Virus record (IMG/VR): IMGVR_UViG_3300023179_000040 | Location: 1 to 64,000 of that record | DNA from: a virus | Strand: one strand, 5' to 3' | DNA: 64,000 bases | Part shown: positions 55,419 to 64,000 of the stretch, in pieces | Position numbering within the stretch: position 1 is the first letter of the stretch | How the letters are laid out: each line of letters begins with the position of its first letter | Notes under the pieces: model-generated | Seen by the model: only the letters and a program-made list of their open reading frames with translations | The model's database searches: none | Told to the model about the DNA's origin: nothing | Made by a program: the position numbers and the translations under genes

Positions 55419-58400
55419 ATGCCATTGTGTGCCCCAACAGGAAAAATGATAGCGCAAACCTTATTTTTAGGTGCAAGCATATCAAGTATTAATGTAAGTA
55501 AAGGATGGAGTGGTCAAGCATCCCAGCTAACTGTATCATTAATAGAGGACAAAAATCCTGTTTGTGGTAATGCTCAAATTATTAATAATAGTACACCCCC
55601 AATAACATGGGCCGATAATCACTATCATACTTGTAGTGGTATAGAGTGTTATATATCAACTGTAAGTGGGGCCCCTATTAGCGCCAACACTCCGCCAAGT
55701 GAATGGATGTTACCGGGTAAAGTATATTATTATCTTGATGATACTTCAAACATAGTATCTAAATATTATACCGATCAAGATCCAGGTTTTTTTGGTAATA
55801 AAACTAAAATTAATACTAGTGGAGATATTACTACATCAGAATATGTATATGATATCATAGGTAGTCCTGTTATTTTTAAATTAGGAGACTTTTCATTTGG
55901 CGGAATTGTGCAGTCATGGAGCAGAACAGAGAATACTTCTGGTCGTGGATATAGTGTTAATATTCAAGGTTTTGAAAGTATTTTAGCTCAGTCATATATT
56001 TTATTAAGCGATTTTGCCGGAGCTATATACGCAGCCGATAGTAGTAATAGTGAGTGGGGTGGTCCTCGTAATATTATGACATCAGATGCTGTTTATAATA
56101 ACAGTATTGGTAAGGGTAATATTCCTAATGTTTTTAATATTTATGGATTTTTGGAATCTATGAATAAAGGAGGATTTGGGGGAGCTAATCTTAATGAAAA
56201 TGGTATAGAAGTACAAAAAATTGTAGATGCCTTATTAGTACTAACATCTTCTACAAATTCTAATATTACTCCAGGATCTACTCCATTATTATCTCAGGTT
56301 GGTTCTGATCCCGATTATGGTGCGCCAAAATCTGCATTTTCCCCGTTTGGACGCATAGTAGTTAAAAAAATGCAGGAAGAAATTTCTTCCACCACTATTG
56401 GTACAACATTTAAAAGTTATGGCGTTATTCCACCAGATGACCCATTTATTACAAATGGAACCAATAATACCTATTGTGAATTTTTATTAGACTTATCTGA
56501 ATTACCAACATTTCCTAAAGATTATAGAATAGCTGGCCCTAGTATTAGTATTTTAGATTTTATAACGCAAATTACTGAAGAGTCCGGATATGATTATCAT
56601 ATCAGTATGTACAGACTATATGGACAAAATTATATTAAAGTACATACTATACCACGTAACCAGCAACCAGTACCTAATATGATTAGTAATACTGTTAAAT
56701 TGTTACGCTGTAATGGATATCCAGTATCTTCTGTCAATACTGGTAAAGAATTAAATGAATCTAATGCTAGAACTATGATTATTGGAGGAAAACAACAAAG
56801 ACTATATCAGGCAAAATCATTACGATTAGCATATACTCAAAGCTCTTATATATATAATCCTCAATCTAAAAAGTTTGTTGATTATATACAAATATCAGGA
56901 ACATCCAAGCCATTCAATCATGGCAAAATTAAATTTCCTAATCCTTTATCAACCCATAATCTAGTAGTATCTACCGGTATAAATCCTACTTTTACTGGAA
57001 TATATAATGAATTAAATGCTATAGCTCCTACGGGATTTAGCAGTAATGATACGGTGTGGAATGATAATCTTAATTTGGCGAGCAATCAGTCCGATATGGT
57101 TGTCGGAAATTATTATCTCAGCAAAGAGATACTACCAACAGGCACTATGCCGAATAGATTTTACCCGATATACAATGATGTGATATCCCCATTTTTTGGA
57201 TATATTTCTGATACAGAGTATTCGATTGATACTTCGGCCGCTAATAATGAATTTAAAAGAATTCGACCAGTATACTTTGACACATGGACCGGTCAATGTA
57301 TTGTAGTATTAAAAATCCATGAACTTCCTTTAACTAAAGTTAATTTGGAAGGTTTTTATACTGATAGAGGTGTCGGCACCTTTATTGTTACAGAAAATGA
57401 GATACGAGCAGCTTTGGCTGGGTTCGATAATTTCATTATCTATTCTTTGTCAAAAACTTATAAAAATGATCTTATCGAGATGGTTAGAAGAGCCTATTAT
57501 GACAAATATAAAAAAGAATTTATCGATTCTGGAATCTCTACATCAAATGCTGAAGCCTTAGCAAAAGATAAAACTAATTGGTATTGGAATTTAATAGGCG
57601 GGAATATAGCTGGCTTATATGGTCAACCATCCGCAATATCTCCAGATGAAGGTGATGGTTCACATGAAATCGATGAAGATGCCATACAAGACCTACAGTT
57701 AATCCATAGTTTTGTATCAAAGCTCGGAGAATTTTATGGTAAAAAATATATGGTGTCAGCTCCAAGATTAAGAGCATATAAGGATGATCAATATGCCGAT
57801 ATTACTGTCAGCACCAATATTGGTGATGCTTATGTTTTTCAAGGAGGAGGTAATTTATACTATAATTATGAACCGACTAATGATGGGGCCTGGGAAGAGT
57901 ATGGCAATATTATAGATGATACTATGGTTGTTGGTGGAAATGATTGGTATAATTTGACTGATGATAGTGGTAAAATAAAGCCCATTATAGGATATAACGC
58001 TAATAATACTATAGATATAGTTAGACAAAAATTATGTGAATTTTCTAAAAATAATCTCAATACATATATTGATAATAAGTCCAATGATCCCTTTTGGAAC
58101 TATGAAGCATACGAGTATTTAAAATCTATTGCAAAAAGTGACTGTCTAAAATTTACCCTAGAATCTTTAGACCTGTCAAGTCTAGATTCGTCTGATTACA
58201 TTATAAAAACTGTTCGGTCTAGTAATGCTAATTCTCGCCCTACGAATAATCGTGGAAATGTTAATTGGAATGTAACAACAGCCAGAGACGCTTGGGGAAG
58301 TGGTATCCCAACAACAGGCACAAACTACGACCTGATGCAAAAACTATATTTGAATACTTCTATAGAAGAAGGTTTTACATTTTTAGACCCTATTAATTTA

Positions 58401-61400
58401 CGTGGCGCAAAAATCATTGTTGATGCACCAAGTATCAAGCTTAATTCTACACAAGCAGAAATAGATAAAGATCCTAATAGAACAGTAATTTCGACAGTGG
58501 CCATGGAGGATCTCAGCATTTATTTGCATAAAACCCATCCAAGTAAACGTAATAAACATTGGATTAAATATATGCTTTATTATACTGGAGATATTAATTA
58601 TGAAGCCTTGATATCTGATCAAGGTGTGGCAGCTCCAGATATAGTCGGATCTGAAGCCTCGTCGAATATGAGGTCTTCTAATTTCGTTGAAATAGCACCA
58701 AAAGTTGCTCATCCGTTTTTTGTTGGTATACCAATTAAAATTAATCAATATTCATATGGCCCATGGACTAACTATCCTTCACATGTAAGTAATATTTTTC
58801 CAAGCGGAACATATGTCAATATATCCGATACTTTTCCGTCAACATGTGTTTCCTCTGGTATTTCTGGTATTAGTGTCGCTAATACTATAGACAACTGGAT
58901 TACTCCAACCAAAATCTTGGTAGACCCAGATCTTGTACCATGGAACTACGGAGGATCTGCATTATTGGACAGAGCAGCACTTAATATTATAGAAAAAGAC
59001 CTAAATTATCAATCAATACTAGAAACTGCACAAATCGATCTTGTTGGTTTGCCTTATTTTGGTTTGGGTATGACATTTAGTTATGATGCGCTAACTCCTC
59101 CAATATTAAGCTTAAATTCAAAAACCATATCATATACTGATATAAAAGGTCCGTCATTTGATTCCGCTTCATTGACTCCTATTACAGGAGGTTATCCTAT
59201 AGGCATATTTGATTTGCCTACAACCACCACGACTACAAAGAATTTTAATATTAAAAGTATTAGCGGCACATATTCTAATACTAATGGAGGTCCATTAATT
59301 ACGAATATACAAACATCTATAGGTCAAGGTGGAGTTACAACCACATATACATTTAGAACTTATACGGCTAAAGTAGGTTTATTTAATAAACTTTCTAATG
59401 ATAAATTAAAGAGATTTTATCAACAAAACTTTAAAAGAAATAAACAATTAGCCAAAATTAATCAACAAACACAAAACCTGGGTAGTGTACAACAAAGAAC
59501 TATAGATAATTTAAGATTCAATAAAGCTGAATTATCTTCTGAAAGTTTTCGTAGTAAACTTTTTGGTTGGAGTCCAAGCACTGTTCTAATTGCTCAGGCC
59601 CATCCTTATCTTAGAGATGTAGAACAGCCCCCAATTTCTGGAAATGAACTTTATGCACAAACCTTAATCATGGATGAGACTCCCGGCATAGGATCTCCCG
59701 CTATAGCATATTCTATCCCAGAATCTAAAGATATAGGAGTTACTGGAGTATTTACGGTTGGTCGTTTTACTACTAGTGACTTATCTATTCCGGTATTGTC
59801 AGATGCTACAACACTAAATACTAGCGTTGGTTTATACGAATTAAAAGAAGTTAATGCTCAGTTAAAAAAACAATACGGCTTACAGTCTGTAATGAGTTTA
59901 GATGGTATATTTTCTCCTATATCTTTTTATCCTACACTAAAAAATAGTACCTTTCATTATGGACTGTATGATACTAGTATGTGCCCATTTTGCTCTGGGA
60001 CCAAAAATATTAATGTCACAGCATATAAAAGAGATCCGACAACATTAAATTCAATTGCGTATAAAAAATATTGTACTAAATGCGGCAGAGTAGATCAGAA
60101 TAATATAGATACGCTAAAAGGAAGCGCCACTACTACCGCCGGTAGTCAGTCTATAGAAACACTGCCCCCATATATAGTAAGTAGTGGTACGGATATTAGT
60201 ATATTAAAGGAGTTTAAATCTTTAGCCGGATCAACATCTACAGCGACTATTACAACTAGTACAAGTAGTGTGGGTGGCGCCGGAGTTTCTATACCTATTA
60301 ATTTAGTCACTTTAAATCCTATCATTGTACCATACGGTAATTTTAGAAATTTGAATGCTCAAAACTATACAGGTATTCATCCAGACGGTTCTGGAGTACA
60401 TGGCATACTATCTTATCCAAATGGCGGTACAAGATATTTTCATGATAGATGCAGACATAGTATAGGTATTGTAGGGCGTGGAGCTGTAAGAAATGAATTA
60501 AAGATTTATAAAAATCAAAATAAATTAGTACAAAATCATCATCCAGATTACTATAACGATGATTTATTATTATATGAAAAATTAAATAAACTAGGACAAC
60601 CTAAAACCTATCAAATGAATCAAAGATTTTTAGGCTTAAGAGGTCCACTATCTATGCATTCTTGGGGATATGATTTAGAAGGTTATCCAGTACCTAATGC
60701 CGCGGATGAACCCTATGAAATAGATACAAATGGCGAACCTCTCAGATTTAAATTAAAACTTAAAGATGGATATCCTAAAAAAACTGCATATAAGAATTTA
60801 ACTGATGGGGCTTTATACATGTACCCATTAAATGAAAGTGGTAATGCTCCACAGACGTATGCAAAAGAATACGTTAAAAAACCAAGGACTAAACCAGAAA
60901 AACAAACTATTATTGTACCAGATCAGGATGCTCCTATAGAATTCACTGTTACCGATGATACCGAGGTACTGGAATATATTTATGAAGACGATATGACACA
61001 GACAGGCTTTTCTGCTGGTGTTACAGGTATGGGTACGGATAGAACTGCTGGATATCAAGGATCAGTAGTTAGTAAAACACAAAAGCTTGGCAGCGATGGC
61101 AAGTGGACAGAAAAGAAAAAATTAAAAGATTTTTATTTAAATTGGGGTGAAAGACCAGATTTATGGCCTGTTGGCCCGATTGATCTTAGATGGGATAGTA
61201 ATAGAAGAGTGTGGACAATGAAATCTTCTGAAGCTGCTACTATTTATAAGATGGTTTATGTGACATTGGAAGAAGATCTTATGAAAGATGATGATGTTGA
61301 TGATACTTATCCAGCAAGAGGATTTTTGGATGATTTGGAATACTCTACTCAGCCATTAGCTAGCGGTCTAAGAAGATTAGTTTTTGTAAAAGATAGATCT

Positions 61401-61682
61401 GGATATACTGCTCCTAGAGGAGCAAAGCTATTATGTCGCTATGATAAAGATACAGGTTTTTATGAGCCTGTTAGTAAATCTGCTTTTATAGTAAAAGGAT
61501 CAATTGTTCCAGGAACAAATACTGCCACTTTGGAAATGTCGTATGCTCCAGGTAAAAAACGAGGAGAACCGTATCCTACTATGTTAGTAAATTTTGATAA
61601 TCCATTTGATCTATCAACAACTAATAATAAAGGATTATTCACTTATATGAACAGCAAATGGATTTTAACTACTAGTAGGTAA
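55419..61682 (+). CDS. Large tail tip/baseplate hub-like protein (2087 aa)
   Basis: FLGASI...GW....SQLTVSLIED and F.FGGIVQSW N-terminal hub-like pattern; PWNYGG and GGVTTTYTFRTY motifs. Confidence 0.55.
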   Translation: MPLCAPTGKMIAQTLFLGASISSINVSKGWSGQASQLTVSLIEDKNPVCGNAQIINNSTPPITWADNHYHTCSGIECYISTVSGAPISANTPPSEWMLPGKVYYYLDDTSNIVSKYYTDQDPGFFGNKTKINTSGDITTSEYVYDIIGSPVIFKLGDFSFGGIVQSWSRTENTSGRGYSVNIQGFESILAQSYILLSDFAGAIYAADSSNSEWGGPRNIMTSDAVYNNSIGKGNIPNVFNIYGFLESMNKGGFGGANLNENGIEVQKIVDALLVLTSSTNSNITPGSTPLLSQVGSDPDYGAPKSAFSPFGRIVVKKMQEEISSTTIGTTFKSYGVIPPDDPFITNGTNNTYCEFLLDLSELPTFPKDYRIAGPSISILDFITQITEESGYDYHISMYRLYGQNYIKVHTIPRNQQPVPNMISNTVKLLRCNGYPVSSVNTGKELNESNARTMIIGGKQQRLYQAKSLRLAYTQSSYIYNPQSKKFVDYIQISGTSKPFNHGKIKFPNPLSTHNLVVSTGINPTFTGIYNELNAIAPTGFSSNDTVWNDNLNLASNQSDMVVGNYYLSKEILPTGTMPNRFYPIYNDVISPFFGYISDTEYSIDTSAANNEFKRIRPVYFDTWTGQCIVVLKIHELPLTKVNLEGFYTDRGVGTFIVTENEIRAALAGFDNFIIYSLSKTYKNDLIEMVRRAYYDKYKKEFIDSGISTSNAEALAKDKTNWYWNLIGGNIAGLYGQPSAISPDEGDGSHEIDEDAIQDLQLIHSFVSKLGEFYGKKYMVSAPRLRAYKDDQYADITVSTNIGDAYVFQGGGNLYYNYEPTNDGAWEEYGNIIDDTMVVGGNDWYNLTDDSGKIKPIIGYNANNTIDIVRQKLCEFSKNNLNTYIDNKSNDPFWNYEAYEYLKSIAKSDCLKFTLESLDLSSLDSSDYIIKTVRSSNANSRPTNNRGNVNWNVTTARDAWGSGIPTTGTNYDLMQKLYLNTSIEEGFTFLDPINLRGAKIIVDAPSIKLNSTQAEIDKDPNRTVISTVAMEDLSIYLHKTHPSKRNKHWIKYMLYYTGDINYEALISDQGVAAPDIVGSEASSNMRSSNFVEIAPKVAHPFFVGIPIKINQYSYGPWTNYPSHVSNIFPSGTYVNISDTFPSTCVSSGISGISVANTIDNWITPTKILVDPDLVPWNYGGSALLDRAALNIIEKDLNYQSILETAQIDLVGLPYFGLGMTFSYDALTPPILSLNSKTISYTDIKGPSFDSASLTPITGGYPIGIFDLPTTTTTTKNFNIKSISGTYSNTNGGPLITNIQTSIGQGGVTTTYTFRTYTAKVGLFNKLSNDKLKRFYQQNFKRNKQLAKINQQTQNLGSVQQRTIDNLRFNKAELSSESFRSKLFGWSPSTVLIAQAHPYLRDVEQPPISGNELYAQTLIMDETPGIGSPAIAYSIPESKDIGVTGVFTVGRFTTSDLSIPVLSDATTLNTSVGLYELKEVNAQLKKQYGLQSVMSLDGIFSPISFYPTLKNSTFHYGLYDTSMCPFCSGTKNINVTAYKRDPTTLNSIAYKKYCTKCGRVDQNNIDTLKGSATTTAGSQSIETLPPYIVSSGTDISILKEFKSLAGSTSTATITTSTSSVGGAGVSIPINLVTLNPIIVPYGNFRNLNAQNYTGIHPDGSGVHGILSYPNGGTRYFHDRCRHSIGIVGRGAVRNELKIYKNQNKLVQNHHPDYYNDDLLLYEKLNKLGQPKTYQMNQRFLGLRGPLSMHSWGYDLEGYPVPNAADEPYEIDTNGEPLRFKLKLKDGYPKKTAYKNLTDGALYMYPLNESGNAPQTYAKEYVKKPRTKPEKQTIIVPDQDAPIEFTVTDDTEVLEYIYEDDMTQTGFSAGVTGMGTDRTAGYQGSVVSKTQKLGSDGKWTEKKKLKDFYLNWGERPDLWPVGPIDLRWDSNRRVWTMKSSEAATIYKMVYVTLEEDLMKDDDVDDTYPARGFLDDLEYSTQPLASGLRRLVFVKDRSGYTAPRGAKLLCRYDKDTGFYEPVSKSAFIVKGSIVPGTNTATLEMSYAPGKKRGEPYPTMLVNFDNPFDLSTTNNKGLFTYMNSKWILTTSR

Positions 61683-61688
61683 TCTAAG

Positions 61689-64000
61689 ATGTATTATCCA
61701 ATTAATAATTTCTCTAACTGTAATATTTTTTCTAATAGCTTTTTACAAGATTTAGAATCTTATAACTTACTAAATGACAGCAATAGTGATCTACATATAG
61801 TCTATGATGGTGATAGTATATCGTCTTCTAATTTGATCGATTTTAAGATAAATGATATGCTTTCTTTGATTCCAGAAACAAATCTGTCACTTACGAAAGA
61901 TGTGTGGTTTCCTGCTATTGCTTATTATGATATTTTAAATCCATCATTAACTAGTAAATATAAGCCTGTATTTGACAAGACAATCAACTATAACCCTATT
62001 TTAGGTATAGACTCCATGATTGTATTTCAACCAAAATTTAAAAATTGGACTATGACTATCAATGGTGAGACACAAAAAAACATGGTTTGTAATTGGCATA
62101 TTAATTCTATACTATCAAATGTAGAAGCCAGATATGGAATAATGTATTGGTATAAATATACTGACTATGGACGTCAGCAAAATTTTAATTATGCCGATTT
62201 ATCGAATCATACTAAATTTACTTTAGATTTTAATATTACCTATGGCCCGAGTAATGCCTTAAAGACCATATCGGCTAATTCTGTTTTAGAAAAATATGAT
62301 AACACATACATTAAACTTCCAGAAACTTATAGAGCAAAAATAGAGTCTGGATCGGATGTCAATTCTGACAGTAATCCTATTTCATTTGGTCCTTCTTGGC
62401 CATTATTGGCCATTTCTGATATAAATACAAATAATTGGCAAAGTCAATGTAAAATTATTAAAGATAGTATTTTTAGTCGTAACAATACTAATTTAGATAT
62501 ATATATCAGTAATGGAGATTGTTTTTCTTATTATGAAAGCTACGCAGATAGATTGAGAAGTATGGCAGCCAGTATGCCGACAAAAACCTATTTATCTCAT
62601 GGGCTCTTTAATATTTATAGAGAAATTTATCATAGATTATCTATTTCAAGACCAAAAAAATTTAATAAATCTTTATCGGTTAAACAAGCTAGATTATTAC
62701 AAAAATTATCTTATTTTTTGAGCAGTGGTCCTTTAATGGATCGAACCACCGTCGATCTTTTATTAGATGATAGTATACAACAGTCTGTTAGAGATTATAT
62801 TGATAGTGATACATCTAGTGTAGCGTCTGAGATTACCGGATTAAAAAATATTTTGCAGACGATATATAGTAAATTTACAAATTTATCTACGTATCAATAT
62901 AAGCAAACTCAAAATTTAAATTATATATTAACAAAAAAAGATCTTTTTAAGTGCTTAACACCCAAATATGGTTGTGGTTTATGGATAGATAATCCGACAA
63001 CTATACAATATAAATATCCATTAAAAAATGGTCCACATTTATTATCTACTCAGAATTATACTAGCTGGTGTAAACCCAATAGTATTGTTGATTCTTCCAA
63101 TGAAATTTTCTTTAATAATAGTGCTATTTCAGTAGGTAATTTACTATATCAAACTAGTATATCTACGACAGGATCAGTTGTACGCTTTGCTACTAATTTT
63201 ACGAGTAATAATACTATTGTTGATGTACCACTTGCCGATATTTCTTTACATCAAACCAAATTAGATAAACTATTTTTAAGTTCTGGTATATATCAGCCTT
63301 GGACCGGATATGAAACAGAATTTAATCTATCGGACGTACTCGGCACCACAGATGATGCTACATATTTTTGGGAACAAATTGGCGGACCCAATTGTTTGCG
63401 ATTTAATGATTATAATAAAGATAAATCTAGTAGGGGTAGTTTTTTAAATATACGTAGATTTTTCACAAGCACTTTCGATTCTCCATCGGTATATACTAGG
63501 CAGTCCGGTACTTATTTGATTAAGTGTACCAGAAATAGTAAAGGAAGCACAGATTCTGATATTGTGATATTAACTAATGATCCCACAGGTATTCCTACTA
63601 TTTCTATACCAACAAAAATCGGTAATTCTCTTTATCCTACTATTATTTCTAGCATACCAAAAACTATAGCTTTTAATAAACAGGGTATGATTGGCATGAT
63701 CTCATCTGAGAATTATGTAGATACAGACGATATTAATGTGAGTGAAGATTTTGATGAATATGGTATAGCAAAATTTAAAGACTATAAAATTAATTTAAAC
63801 GAAGGTTATCGTATACCAGTTTTACAAACAGGTGGTTATTTTTCATTAAATATTAATCCCTCTGGACTATATACATTTTTGTCTTCTATATCTTTACAAA
63901 ATATGAGGGATGAAAAGTATGAATATTGTCAATGCCCTTCTTTATACGAAGAAAAAATCCTGAGAAAACCACGCAAAGGTATAAGTTTACCAGTATTAGG
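61689..64000 (+). CDS. Large virion structural protein (partial, runs off window end)
   Basis: ATG 61689 (MYYPINNFSNC...). Frame appears open to the end; includes a PKD-like YFWEQIGGP...SGTYLIKC segment. Confidence 0.6.
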   Translation, partial: MYYPINNFSNCNIFSNSFLQDLESYNLLNDSNSDLHIVYDGDSISSSNLIDFKINDMLSLIPETNLSLTKDVWFPAIAYYDILNPSLTSKYKPVFDKTINYNPILGIDSMIVFQPKFKNWTMTINGETQKNMVCNWHINSILSNVEARYGIMYWYKYTDYGRQQNFNYADLSNHTKFTLDFNITYGPSNALKTISANSVLEKYDNTYIKLPETYRAKIESGSDVNSDSNPISFGPSWPLLAISDINTNNWQSQCKIIKDSIFSRNNTNLDIYISNGDCFSYYESYADRLRSMAASMPTKTYLSHGLFNIYREIYHRLSISRPKKFNKSLSVKQARLLQKLSYFLSSGPLMDRTTVDLLLDDSIQQSVRDYIDSDTSSVASEITGLKNILQTIYSKFTNLSTYQYKQTQNLNYILTKKDLFKCLTPKYGCGLWIDNPTTIQYKYPLKNGPHLLSTQNYTSWCKPNSIVDSSNEIFFNNSAISVGNLLYQTSISTTGSVVRFATNFTSNNTIVDVPLADISLHQTKLDKLFLSSGIYQPWTGYETEFNLSDVLGTTDDATYFWEQIGGPNCLRFNDYNKDKSSRGSFLNIRRFFTSTFDSPSVYTRQSGTYLIKCTRNSKGSTDSDIVILTNDPTGIPTISIPTKIGNSLYPTIISSIPKTIAFNKQGMIGMISSENYVDTDDINVSEDFDEYGIAKFKDYKINLNEGYRIPVLQTGGYFSLNINPSGLYTFLSSISLQNMRDEKYEYCQCPSLYEEKILRKPRKGISLPVL

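Noticed and set aside
1-64000. tRNA or rRNA genes
   Set aside because: I recognised no cloverleaf or T-loop patterns in the intergenic gaps by eye; tRNAscan-SE would be needed to exclude them.

Overview
This window is part of a large, AT-rich tailed dsDNA phage genome (Caudoviricetes, standard code). No sheath gene is recognisable, so it is probably siphovirus-like. Cargo domains (SHD1, EF-hands, proprotein-convertase P-domain, FGE/SUMF1 domain) suggest a Planctomycetota/PVC host (inference). (1) 1-5.4 kb: minus-strand early region of tiny genes. Most gene cassettes are preceded by the same composite element: a sigma70 promoter (usually with CGAT in the spacer), an AT tract, and two 25-bp palindromic boxes YAA-N4-TTR-N5-YAA-N4-TTR spaced exactly 53 bp apart in all 7 copies. 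(2) 5.5-7.5 kb: a GIY-YIG+HNH double endonuclease and HTH genes. (3) 7.6-23.5 kb, plus strand: phage sigma-like factor, gmd, HNH, ERCC4 nuclease, TerL, portal, protease/scaffold, decoration protein, MCP, neck and tail tube. Many of these genes are preceded by an RGTGTAY late-promoter-like motif. (4) A 4021-aa tape measure protein that looks like a cargo polyprotein: two PD-(D/E)xK nuclease-like domains, a complete HAD phosphatase, four EF-hands and an SHD1 domain, bracketed by repeated xAxGG...LTPGEFVVN modules. (5) 38-64 kb: Cys-rich tail/appendage genes with Thr-Pro stalks. The stalk DNA is nucleotide-identical over 174-188 bp between different genes. This region also holds a circularly permuted FGE domain and large tail-tip proteins. 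All calls come from manual motif reading; no searches were run.
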